This document shows positions 52,168 to 64,000 of a DNA stretch of 64,000 bases, one piece after another. Where the stretch lies: NCBI GenBank assembly GCA_964016885.1, contig OZ024740.1, forward strand, positions 245,706,001 to 245,770,000, in the 5' to 3' direction. Position numbers and translations under genes: made by a program. How positions within the stretch are numbered: the first letter of the stretch is position 1; every line of letters starts with the position of its first letter. The DNA is from Eledone cirrhosa (lineage: Eukaryota). The notes under the pieces were generated by a model that was not told the origin of the DNA, did not search any database, and saw nothing but the letters and a program-made list of their open reading frames with translations.

Positions 52168-52640
52168 CTAGGGGTGATGGAGCAATGGGTGACACCTGTA
52201 GCTCCCAAGAGAACTCTCACAACCCAGTAACGTAGTTAGGACAAGGCAAGTAAAAGCCTCTTCTAAAAAGCCTAGTCTTTGCGGGTTTGACAAATTACCA
52301 GATCGGTTACTGGCCCAAATAAGACCACTGAAACTGCAATAGGATGAGATGAGGAAACCAAAAAACAAACCATACCGCATCGTCCTTCATGTGGGATAAC
52401 AAGGGATGCGTTCAGGTCTTAAGTAGAGGGGCCTATTCAAAAAGTATATTGCGGTCTCCATCTCATGCTGCAAAAACTAGCAATAGGCCTGCGACCTGTC
52501 CTGGGAGGTGTGGTTGGATGCTCAAAGTTTTTGTATCCTGAGACCCCAAAGAAGGCCTGGAAGGGAGAAAACCTTAACAGTTGGAACCTGGAACATCACA
52601 ACTCTTACAGGTAAGGAGCAGGAACTAGCCTTACCCTAAA
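52168..52640 (+). mobile_element. RTE-type 5' UTR-like sequence with a decayed HDV-like ribozyme fold
   Basis: Nested pairings at 52429-52535; GGAAGGGAGAAAACCTT motif resembles RTE 5' regions. Confidence 0.4.
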
Positions 52641-52759
52641 TATTATATATTTTATATTTTAATAGTGTTTTTATACTGTTTATTTTATATTGTAAACATA
52701 ACACTAATTGTACTATTGTACCCTCAATTAACTGACATCATCACAAGATTATTGACCTG

Positions 52760-55150
52760 TGTAATAATACTCTATGTCTAGCACAACAGATCATATGATT
52801 AGACAAAGAAGTCTAAAACAGAGAAATGAAAAAGATCAACTTATAACAGATCAAGAGATGAAACAATGAATTAAGGATTTCAGAAGACACAGTCCACTAG
52901 CTGAAGTGTTGCCAGGCCGTGGTTAAGTTGTGTTACATGTTGGCTAGTGATTTCACGACAAAAGAAAGTTAGGTGTTTACCTTTTCACAGACAGGAAGCG
53001 AGAGGCTGATTCTTCAAATCAACGCGGGAACTTTTCCCTCAGGGCGCGTAGAGATACATTCTCTTCTACTGGCGCTGATTGGCTGAGCTGAGCCAAATCA
53101 CGCACAGAGAATGTATGTGAGCCTGTGGAATGTAGGTCACTACAATACTCCCCCTCTAGACGTAAGATGATACAGATTATTGAATCAGCAGGAAAAAATG
53201 CTGAAAGAGCACATCAGTGAAAAAATAATTGAGCAGAAGGATGCATGCAAGAAGAAAAATGAGGCGCTAAGGGCCGTGTTGAGCCGCTGTGTCAAATGAC
53301 TAGCTGTTTTGTAGTTTATACGTGACCACGAAGGGTCTAACAGAAAACGGATAAAGTCTGACATGGGCGTAGTTGCTGTTCTTGCATTAAATGTTAATGG
53401 TAAGTGTTGTACCAGTAGCTGTGGATGAAGCTATTATGGTAGTTTACCAGTGCTGGCAAGAAGATGATGGGTAGGTGAGAAAATGTTGGCCTCCCAGATG
53501 TATTGCCGAAAGTGCTAGGCAGCCAGGAAAAAAAAATGGCTGGTTTCTTTGAAAAGAAAAAAGCAAGTTGAATCTGTAGGTGGATAGTAGTTGCAGTGTA
53601 AATTCCATAATTCCGGCGAATCCACAGAAATGGTGGAAATGCTGACAAGTCCAGTTCCATTTGTTGCTTTCCCAGCGAGTCAGGTAAGGTAACAAGATGG
53701 AGGTTGTTATGGACGATGAGTGTGCAACAAGATGCGAAGCTGTTTGAATCCAGCTGCAATTAGCAGTTCTCGTGTTGCAGTGCCTGTTTGAATCCAGGTG
53801 AATTAAGCTCTATGAGTCGCTAGCATGTTTTGGTACCTCCACCAGGTGAGAAGGGATCTCGCAGAACTTTACGATGTTTGAATATCATACACTAAGAACA
53901 ACATGTTGGTGTGTGTCAAAGAAATATGTGTGCATATGCAGGCATGTAATACAGCAAAGAATGTGTGGGTGCAGTCATATATACAATGATAAAGAAAATG
54001 ATACAGTCATATATACAATGTAATCAACTTAAAAGAAGAGGTCAAAGGAGCAAAGAAACGTGCTCGAACATAGTTATTAAAAAAGGGTTCAAATGTTCAA
54101 AAATAAAGTTAACAGGTATGTAAGCATATGACAGCAGGAAAGAAAGTGTGTCCTCCAGAGAATATATGCAGGTGGTTTCTGGACTGAGGTACAACGTGAA
54201 ATTCCCAACCTCCGAAGGCGGTGGGATTTTCCCACAGGAAGAGTGCTGCAAAAATAAATTCTCTGTTTTGTTCTGCTGGTTTTGGTTGTTGATAAAGCAA
54301 AGATGAAGCTGTGTTGTTGTTGACTCGCGGAGTGTTGTTTCAATTCACAGTAAAAAGTTTCCCAGAAAAAATGAGTTGCGCAAAGTGCTAGAAATAACAG
54401 CCAAAGTTGATGGGTCAAGAGGCCAGCGACCATAGAAATAAGCATTCTGAATAAATGCACAGTTTTCAACGGCAAATTTACGTGGTAAATTTTTAAACCG
54501 GCAAATAGGAGAATATAGCTTAAGGCTGGAGAATCCTTGGCAAGAAACATTATCTATGGCGTGTGTTATCTCAGTGAGTTGAGATGTGTGCTCCCACACG
54601 CGCCAAAACAAGGTTAAAGTCAAGTTGAATAAAAAAAATATTTCTTTGGCGCGAAAATGATAGTGGAACAGGTTGTTGGCAGCCATTTAAAAAAATTTGT
54701 GTGTGAAAATGAAAATATGATGAAAAAGAAGGAAAGGCTATATTCACTTTGTATACAAATATGGCGAGAGTTCCATTTTTTTGTGAAAGTGATGAAAAAG
54801 TAGCGAAAAAGGTTTAGTTGAATGAGTAAGCGAGCTGTGATGTTCATCAAAATTGACATGTTGAATATAAGAATACAGGAGTCCAAGTCTTTTTGAGTGT
54901 TCGTTGTGAGAAGAACGAAGGATATATCCAGTGAGTGAAACACATTTAAACGATGTAAACACGTGAGGTGAAGAACAACATTTTTTCTTATTTGTTTGCT
55001 GCTGAGAAAAAGATTACTTATATTTTTCGTTGTAGAAAAAATCCATGTGGAATGTTGTAGAAAAAATCCATGTGGAATGTTGTTAGAGGAATTTTTTCTT
55101 TTTGAAATACTGCTAATTAATTTTCTTTTTTTTATATTCACACAACAACA
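52760..55150 (-). mobile_element. Decayed LTR retrotransposon: 3' LTR (52760-53144), PPT and internal remnant
   Basis: Minus: polypurine tract AGAGGGGGAG directly before TGTAGTGA..., LTR ends TTATTACA. The internal region is too degraded for confident motifs and its far boundary is approximate. Confidence 0.55.
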
Positions 55151-55189
55151 ACAAATCCTATTATTTTTTTCTCGGGGTCACCAATTATA

Positions 55190-58100
55190 ACAGATCACTG
55201 GGTTGTACAGCAAAGGTCCGCATTCCTAGGATCCCACCAGGAATGAACCTATGGTGCCTCCTGGGATGCGTAATCGAGGAGGGTACCACCACTACCCTCT
55301 TAGATATTAGAAAGACTGACAGAGAGGACAGGTCCGGGATGGATTTGGAGATTCTTCTCCAAATAAAACCAGAAGGACTAAATAACATCCCGGACTTTGT
55401 CCGCTTGCAGGACAAGTCAGCGATTCAGTTGATTACTGAGGGGAGAAGGCTGCACTGCTTCGTCTGCAGTGAAGCAACGCATTTGTGAGCCTTCTGCCCT
55501 CAGCTCAAAAATGCAAGGGACCACAACCCTCCTTTGCTGCCAACGCCAGTGCCAGCACAGAAAGCTCCACTGACACTGGCAACCCCACCAACAGCAAAAA
55601 CAGTTGAACCACCACTAGCACCAAAACCAACCCAGGGGGAAAAGGAGGAAAGCTCTCCCACTCAAAATATACACATGGACAAAAACATAAACCCACACAC
55701 AGACACAGATACACTCACAGCCACAGACCCGTCTTCTTCCAGTATTGAAGATGAGGGAAACCCAAATCCGCCAAAAAGCAAAAAAGAAAACACAAAGGAA
55801 AAGCACCCACAACAAAAAATGCAGACACCACCAGTGTAAACACTTCCCCAAGAACACCAACACCACCACCACCCCCACAATCCCCCAAACGCAAACAACC
55901 TAAACAGACACAAGAACAAATCAACACATAAACACCTACACAGACACACCCGAAACAACACCAACAAAACCATCACCACCTCAGTTACCCAAACGAAAAT
56001 ACATAAAACTGCACCAACAAAACATAAAAAACTTTGTGCTTGTCAAAAGGGCCAATGAGAAATTGATGTCCCTCGTAACACGAAGTGAAGAAATTCAGAG
56101 GGGGAGATTTTTTAATTGAGTACATTTCGCCTACCAGAAGATTTGTTTCTGGTACGAATGTTGCTCAATTCCTACAAAGGAATTTGAAAGAACTTTCCTC
56201 AAGACATGGGAACCCCGAATATGAGTCACACATCAAGACTTTTAAAGGGGTTCCCAAAAGAACCAACTATGGAGGTTGAACCACCCGACCTCCACAAGAC
56301 CCTAGGAGGTAAGTAAACCTTTCCTCTCTTTTAACCTACCAACATGGCCATATTAAGAGTAGGAAGTTTAAATGTTCGTGGCCTGGAGTCGCTCTGGAAG
56401 CAGGGTCGCCTGCTCAATGACCTCAGGTTTCTAGAGATGGATGTGATTGCCATCAGCAAGACCAGGATTTCCAATAAGCGTGCACTAGCCCCCATTTTCA
56501 ACGACTATCAGATCTTCGCATCTGTTAGTCAGCCGGGAATGGGAGGTGGGGTGGCAGTGATGTTTAGGAAAGACCTGGGTCTCGAGGTAAGGTCAATCTT
56601 CCCGGACCCGGACAGTAAGTTGGTGGTCCTGGACATAAGCAATGGCGAAGGTGGTGCCTTTAAACTGGTGGTTGTCAACGCCCCTACATGTGAGGGACGG
56701 CCGTATTTCTTTAAGAGCCCGGAAGCCTTTCTGGGTACATCTCGCCCTTTACTGTTAGTGGGGAACTGGAACAGCATCTTGAATGCATGCTGGGAGTAGC
56801 TGACAGGAGCGGGGAGGGTTGTGCAAAAGCCTCAAGTACCTGATCAGCCAGTTCCAACTGTCTGACAGGTACCGACTAGATTTCCCTAATGCGGCAGTGT
56901 GGACCTGGACCAACCGCATAGGGTCATCAAGATCGTATTTAGACAGGATTTTCATTAGGAGAATAAATAGAAATCATCATCCGGCGGCCTCAGCTGAAAT
57001 TGACTCAACAATTGATCTCCTGTCGCTCATTGCCGCTACCAAATCCTGGATTTCAATACCAGAATCTCTGGAGATGACATCAGGATAGGGCAACTTGCGC
57101 CCCCTGTTATTAGTGACTGCTTGTGGTTTCCAAAGCACTAATGGGAACACACACAACCTCATAGGTGGCACGATGGCAGTGGCCAGAAAAATCTTACTTG
57201 ATAGAAATAGGGTAGGCTGTCCACCTTTTAAAATCACAAGTCTGTGATTTGTATCATCGACCTAGATAAGATGCGTAGGTTAGGACCTGGTTACTGGAAG
57301 CTGAACATGTCATTTCTGGCACATAAGGCTTACAGGGACTGGGTCAATAATTTAGTTAAGCCAAAGTTGACAGGGTGGCGAGTCGTCAACAACAGGTGGT
57401 GAGGTCTCTCAAAAGAGAGATTAGAGTAATTTCGATAGGGTTTAGCAAAGAGGTAGTGTTAGAGAAAAATAGCAATAAGGGGCTGCTGGTAGCTAAGTTA
57501 GACAAGACTATTTGTAGAGGCATTGCAACTGACGTGCTAGCAGCAGGAATGGCATTAGACCATTTCTTCAATGCGAAACACGAGGGTTGCATATTCAGAG
57601 CTTATATGCGTGCTCTGAGAAACAAGGGAACTAAAGCTGTCAATGGGCTCGTGTGGCAGAGGCGCAGTGTGGTAATAAAACCACAATTCAGTCTTTGACA
57701 GACTGAGATGAACATGAGCTGAGCGCTGCAAAAGGCCAATAACTTCAGCTGAAATTCAGGATGCTCTTGTCGACTGCACTAGGTGCAAGTCACCTGGTTT
57801 GGATGGTCTGCCCTATGAGCTCTACCTAAATATGTCAAACTTGTTCTCTGATCTCCTCAAAGCAATCTACTGCAACTGGCAGTAGAACGGGAGTATTCCC
57901 AGTTCTGTGAGCCAGCATAGTGGCGCTGATAAGGAAATTCGAGAACAAGAGGGACACGTTAGATAATGTCAGGCCCATAACTCTGCTCAACACAGTGTTT
58001 AAGATTTTGGCCAAAGTGTTAGCGAAGAGGTTGGCACTTGTCATCGAGGAGTTGGTTAGAGAGGCGCAAACTTGTGTATTCCCAACCAGGTCCATACACG

Positions 58101-60005
58101 ACAACCTCCACCTCATTCGATACATTATAGAGAGGGAAGGGTGTAAACATGACTTCAGTGGTGCTCTGATCAATCGAAAGCATTTGATAGGGTCAACCAT
58201 CGGTATCTCGAGGCTGTCCTGAAGGCAGCTGGCTTCAGCCCCGTCTTCAGAAGCTGGATGGCTGCAATGCACAGTGGTCAAAGTTAATGGCCACCTCTAG
58301 GAACCGTTTCAAATCTCCTGATTGGTCCATCAAGGGTGCCCCCTCTCCTGCCTTCTGTAGGTATTGACTCTCGAGCCTCTACTGTGGAAGCTGGAACTGG
58401 TGCATGGCATTCCACTCGAACCAGGACACAGAAGGGCTATGTCAGCTTATGCAGATGACATCACCGTGATGGTGTTGGAAACCACGGAAATCAAGGTGGT
58501 CAGCACCTTATTGGAGAAATATGAAAGGTTGACGGGAGCAAAACTTAACCTGGAAAAGTCAGTGTTCTTGCAACTCGGCACCTGGAAAGGCAAGTCCATG
58601 CCATCCAACAGTGTCGTTGGGCGCTGGACGGACAGACCGGTTAAGTTGTTTGGGGTTTGGTTTGGACCAGAGCTCCAGGTGGACAAGAATTGGGATGAGG
58701 TGATCAGATCAGGGTAGCCAATATCACACAGAAATGGGCTGCGAGGAAGCTGTCACTTAAAGGTAGGCAGAGGTGGCGAATGCGTACATCTACTATTGCC
58801 TGATCGTCATGCCTTGCCAAGCTGGAACGGCTCCTCTTCAACTTCTTGTGAAAGGGATAGGTTCCATTGGCGAGGTGGTCCATCTGCTGCCAGCACCCTC
58901 TATACAGAGATCTGGGCATGCGGTGGCTAATGATGTGCAAACATGTGCTGAGGCTAGGCATGTCCAGATATTCTGCCTAAACGGTGAACAGGTGTGGTCG
59001 CCTTTTGTAGACGGGTCTTTCTGCAGCTCAACTCTTTGACTGAGCTGCAGTCCTGGCTCAAGAAGAGACCGAGACTGGGTGACTGGTATCTGGAATGTTG
59101 CCAGGCACTCACTGCCCTCTATCAGGCAGGCAATGCGGTCAGTGGAACTTCCACTCTCGAGTTCTATAGAGGTATAGTGGTGGGAAAGTACGACGACGCA
59201 CTCGGAGAGTCTCTGGGTGTTGACGAAGTTACGGAACACTTTCGAGCCAGGGACGATGGATAATTTCCAGAAATGCCTTGCTTGGCAGTGCTACCAGGGG
59301 CCACTGCCGATTTGAGATAAACTCTACATGCATGGTAGTGCTGTCAGACAGGCCTGCCCAAGATGCAGTCTGTGCATTACTGACTTCTGGAGTTATGTCG
59401 AACAGCTGTTGTCGCGTGTAGAACGGATCTGGCTATTGGCCGAGGAAGGGCAAGTAATTTTCCTGTCTGGTGGTAATAGCGAAAGAGGTTGTATGGTGGA
59501 CCAGGTTGAAAGGACTGAAGACAGACACTTCTCTCTTCAGCCAATCCCTCAACAATTTCTTCATGTTTCACTTGGAAAGGAAGCTGAGGATAGAGAGAGA
59601 AAGTGCTCCCCCCCCCCCCCAGTACATTTGCTAAAAGGTGTGGATGAATGTAGTGAGAATGGCCTGTGTGAGTGGGCCTACTCTGACCATGCGCCTGTAA
59701 GCTGCTTAATTTGAGGAGGGGAGGGGGTGCCCTAGAAGTGCCAGGTGGTTCAGGATTGGTGGGGTACCTGAGTTGCCCCTGGGTGGTTCACCCCCCCCCC
59801 TCTATTGGGGAATTTATTTTGTTATTTTATACATTTTTATATTATTTATAGATTTATATATTTTTATATTTTTTCATTGTTAAATTGGTTTTGTTATTGT
59901 GCATTTTTACACAATCTTATTGTAAACCCCTACTGTCCTTGTCTTTGTATTGTCCCCTACATGTCAACCCTTGTGGCCAATAAATGAAATCATTATTATT
60001 ATCAT
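55190..60005 (+). mobile_element. Tx1/L1-clade LINE, near full length, decayed (ORF1 remnant plus ORF2)
   Basis: ORF1 CCHC knuckle CFVCSEATHL*AFC; ORF2 start MAILRVGSLNVRGL at 56344, SRSYLDRIF, RPITLLN, AYADD; same family as 12728-15935; ends GGCCAATAAATGAAATCATTATTATT. Confidence 0.92.
56975..57200 (-). mobile_element. RTEX-like 3' fragment nested in the Tx1-like LINE
   Basis: 8-bp duplication ATAGAAAT (56967-56974, 57201-57208); LVLWKP...RGR..YPD...AMSDR; GATGATG tail. Confidence 0.8.
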
Positions 60006-60099
60006 TATTGTGTTGTGCTTCTGTCACCTAGGCCCATTGAACTGTTTGTTATCACGTGTAGGTATAAGCCAGGTCTGTAACAAAGATCGAACCACCACC

Positions 60100-60680
60100 T
60101 TCTTTTAGAAGAGAGGCACGGTTACTCTTACTCTGTCTGCTAGCTATGGCGAAGGAAGCTGTATGGTGGACTCCTCTGATAGGATTAAGAACAGGAACTT
60201 TCCTTCAAGTTCCACTTGAAGAGGATGGTGATGGTAGTGAAGGAGGTGCTCCCTTCTAGTGTGTTTTATGAGAGACAGGTGTGAGTGGTGCAATTGATGC
60301 GACTGAATGAGTATAATCTAACTATGCTTTTCTAAGTAGGAAGAAGGAAACCAGGAGAGTGCACTTTCAATGTCGATAAAGTAACAGAGTAATCAACGGC
60401 TTCATGTTGGATTTCTTCCTGGGATTACGCTAAAATGCAGTCCTCCAGTTTTGGGAAACTTCTCCTTGTTGACATTTGTCATAGTTTTCTTTATTTGTTT
60501 TTCTTTTGTATTGTGTTATGTATATTTACTACAATTACTCTTATTGTTATCCCTACTGTTTTCACTTCAGTGTCCCTTTTCCTTTACTTGATGTAAACAC
60601 CACTTTGCATTGTGTTGCATTTGTCCCTGTAATGTGCCTAATGCCCTGGGCCCTTGTGGCCAATAAAAGAAATTATTATC
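60100..60680 (+). mobile_element. Tx1-like LINE 3' fragment
   Basis: AMAKEAVWWT motif; tail CCCTTGTGGCCAATAAAAGAAATTATT. Confidence 0.7.
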
Positions 60681-61689
60681 AGGATTTTTTTTTTTTACAT
60701 ATGGATAGCAGGGAATGAAATGGAAACCTTTGATAGTGAAGATGGTATGTGTAGGAATTGTTGTTTTAAGAAGTTCAGTGTCTTACTGATGATATATTGC
60801 TGAAATAAGTACATCCTTAGTTAAGTAAGTGTTACTATATGTAATTAATAGAAACTACTCTAGTAGTCATAAGAGCATTGGCAGAACACCTTGTTGTATT
60901 TGTTCTGGGTCTCTTTGCAATTTACTTTGTATTATATCCTTCTGAGTCAATAAATAAGTACCAGTTCACGAATAGAGTCGATCCTCCATCTTTCTCTCTC
61001 TTGTCAGACCTAGAGAAGGATAGTCTCCACTCATCATTATCATCATCATCATCATTTTATGTCCGCTTTTTCTTGCTTGTATACACACAATAAGCGACAA
61101 TGGCACTCTTACAGTTCCAAGGTTGAGGGCTTAAGGTAAAGCAAAAATGCTTAGCAGTATTTGTTGTGGCTCTCTGTGATTTGAGTTCAAATCCTGTTGA
61201 GGTCCACTTCTAGGATCAATTTCTCTCTCTCTGAATCAGCTACATTCCACTGAGTGAAAGATCATAGGGAACCATCTACGCCTATTTTTCCAGACATAAT
61301 GGAGAGTTGAACCTCCAGGGACTATGCAGTACAGCACAGAAAAGAAATTAAGTAGATTCAGGTACACCATTTTCTAGCACCTTTAGTTCCATAGTCATTC
61401 CAGGTTGTTAGTTTTGGTGGCGAAGATTTGTCATTGTTAGCAGCTCATCTTTTTGATGTATCAGAGGATGACTGTGAAGGTACTTGGTTATTCCAGTGTC
61501 ATAGCCATCCTATCACCTGAGTGTGTTGGCGTGCCTAAAAAATTATTAGTGGTACCTCCAACTAATAACCTCTGTGACAAGAGGATTTATATAAATATAG
61601 TTAGTTGTGATACACCTGAAATAAAAATGTCTTAGAAACATATTATAACACAGAAAATACTCTCCCTGTCCTTCAGCTATAATAAAATG

Positions 61690-62310
61690 AAAGTGCAAAT
61701 GCTTGAAATTAAATCTAATGCTATCCACTAACTTCCTCCATCAAGTGACAGAACATTCAAGTGTCTGCTTATAATTAAATATGAATTAAAAGAAGTACCG
61801 AACTATTAGTTGCCAGAAAATTGATGGTGTACCTGAAACTGTATAAAACAAAAACATAAGTTTGTCATGCTGTCTGAATGCTGGTTGCTTCGCCCACCAC
61901 ACTGAGCTAAACCTGATCATTAAGCGGGCCCTAGGTAAATATCCCCTCAGTTCTGGAGTCAGCTGGATTACCCAGAATTGATGGGAAGAGACCAAAAGAC
62001 CCCTGGGTAAGTGGCAGGTGTCATATTTGGAACACCACGGTCAGTGACTCTTTGCTCCCTTCCACATCATGGATGCCACGGTAAATGTGAGGGTCACTGT
62101 TTTCGTTGTCAAATGGAATAAAATCCTAAAATACAATGAACTATTAAATAATTATTTTTTCCAGCTTGTAGTGTTTGAGATGTTTGGTGGAGCTAGGCTG
62201 CTGACAGCGAAGTTCTTGTCATTGTTGGCAGCTTGCCTTACTGAGGTGTCAGGTAATGCTCGTGAGGGTGCTTGGTTGTTTCAGCGCCTTACCCACACTA
62301 TCACCATATT
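61690..62310 (+). mobile_element. CRE-like RLE 3' fragment
   Basis: KYNELLNNYFFQLVVFEMFG...REGAWLFQRL; followed by a plus-strand SINE at 62320-62445. Confidence 0.7.
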
Positions 62311-62621
62311 TTTTGCCCTTGACATTCTGAGTTCAAATCCTGCCGAGGTTAACTTTGCCTTTCATCCTTACGGGGTCGATAAAATAAAGTACCAGTAATA
62401 CACTGGGATAATTGCTGGCCTTGTGCCTAAAGTAGAAACAATTATATTTGTGAGGTTCCTAACAATAATTAATTCTATTTATTATATATGTTTATATCTG
62501 TATTTTATATTTTGATTCTGTAAGAATCATAAACAATTCGTGAGGAAAGTTGGTTGATCAATTAATCCACAGACTTTAATTGTAAACAGATGTAATGCAC
62601 TCTACGACTTGTTCCTTAAAG

Positions 62622-62898
62622 CAAGGGCCTTGTTTGCCTTAAAAATGTGAGGGGGACAAACCAACATTTGTTGATTCTTAAAGGAGCATAAATTACTTAT
62701 GGTGCCTTTCCCGGACCCTATTACATAAGTAAAATTTTACACTAATTAAATTTTATATATTCAAATGAAGTTCAGATATAAAGAAATAAGCTTTAAAAGA
62801 ATTTATTATATCAAATATACAAAAAGTAATATATAGACGTTTGAAAAAGTGGGGGTGGGGGACTTGTCCCCTGGTACCCCCCTGAAACAAGGCCCTTG
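62622..62898. mobile_element. hAT-like MITE
   Basis: Perfect 14-bp TIR CAAGGGCCTTGTTT/AAACAAGGCCCTTG with an 8-bp duplication CCTTAAAG. Confidence 0.85.
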
Positions 62899-62937
62899 CC
62901 TTAAAGTATTATCAATAAGGTATCAACTGGAGTGTCA

Positions 62938-63250
62938 ATATTACAAAGAAGAGAGACGGTTTTAAATGTACATCCTGTTTATTATATAATCCTGGTATAC
63001 GTATTTTGAAAACGTCAAAGTGATTGCATAATAACCTTTCAGACAGGTACAAAGTTCTACTGTTTTTATTTTTGATATACTACTGCAGTTAGTAATGTGG
63101 TGGTAGCAGTCCATTCCAGTTGCACCTGTCTGTAGTGAACGCATCAAAGAATTATTATGCAATCACTTTGACATCTTCGAAATACGTATAACATGATTAT
63201 ATAATGAACAGAGGATATACATTTAAAACCGTCTCTCTTCTTTATAATAT
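62938..63250. repeat. Diverged inverted repeat of about 95 bp, possibly an old PLE pseudo-LTR or MITE
   Basis: 62938-63033 vs 63153-63250, with an internal CAGACAGGTACAA/TTGCACCTGTCTG stem. Confidence 0.55.
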
Positions 63251-64000
63251 ATGTGTGTGTTTAAACAATGCGTAATGAAAACATAATCAAGAGGGACAAC
63301 TCAGATGGGTTTTTTTTTTAAGCACCTAATTAAACTTTGGAAACAGGTAATGTGACGGAATAAAAGATGGCCTGACAGAAAATTTAGCGAAATATAGTTA
63401 TTTACGTGTCTACTATAACAATGAAGACAGCAAAATATGTTTGCCTCATTAATCAACTAGTGGCCCAACAAAGGAGATCGGTAAAATAAGTACCAGACAT
63501 GAAAAGATAAGTACTAGTGATGATATAACTGACTAAATACTTTGAACGCAGTACCCCAGCATGACTGCAGTCTAATGACTGAAATTAGAAAAATAAAAGA
63601 AGAAATAACATCAATGAATAAATGCATGCGGTAACTGTATTCAATATATATTTTCATCTGATTATATCTCTCTTCCAGTGGGAAGCTCTTAACTTATGAG
63701 ACCAAACAGTCGCCAATCCAAGTATGTGAGCTGAATTCAACTATCAGTGGTAACTAGGCAATTCATAATGACATTTATTGACCATCTCCAAAGCTCAAGT
63801 CAGACCCATCTGGGATGGTGCTGCTGTTGCAAATACAGACACCTTAAACTGCAACTAGAGAAAATTTCCTTTCTGTTTTTTCTGCTTTAACTACAAATGG
63901 TCTCTGTGTAGCGGAGTTGTTTCATGGCATGTAACAATAATCTATTCATGCATGATTTGGTCACCGGTTGGCCAATCGTGAGTCACGCATGAATATACAA

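Noticed and set aside
63030-63155. Hammerhead within the 63-kb inverted repeat
   Set aside because: A stem and GAAA exist on the minus strand, but the CUGANGA box is absent (TTGATGC).
63940-64000. Promoter-like CCAAT and TGAGTCA motifs at the window end
   Set aside because: Short motifs with no associated exon visible; not supportable.

Overview
Eukaryotic, AT-rich and repeat-dense genomic DNA, most consistent with an octopus-like cephalopod (inferred from the SINE types and the (TA)n/(TACA)n load). One host gene is visible: a minus-strand cathepsin B, with five coding exons reconstructed by hand (21525-21662, 11340-11549, 7497-7612, 3106-3190, and 1-25 running off the window). All junctions are GT-AG and in phase. 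A non-coding first exon probably lies far upstream; the best candidate is 51338-51395. The rest is mostly transposon debris: a 4-kb 28-bp minisatellite, a Chapaev3-like DNA transposon, Tx1/L1-like, R4/Dong-like, CRE-like, RTE and CR1-type LINEs (one CR1-type copy has an unbroken ORF of about 920 codons), LTR remnants, MITEs and many SINEs. The most striking signal is a cluster of at least eight hammerhead-ribozyme motifs between 23.6 and 44.3 kb. They lie in several unrelated Penelope-like (PLE) or retrozyme-like units embedded in (TA)n microsatellites, and share unusual features: palindromic stem III, U.U at 10.1/11.1 and NUU cleavage triplets. One pair sits in a 309-nt tandem that could release a circularisable RNA. 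A decayed HDV-like ribozyme fold lies in an RTE-type 5' sequence. All folds and family assignments were made by eye, with no searches run.
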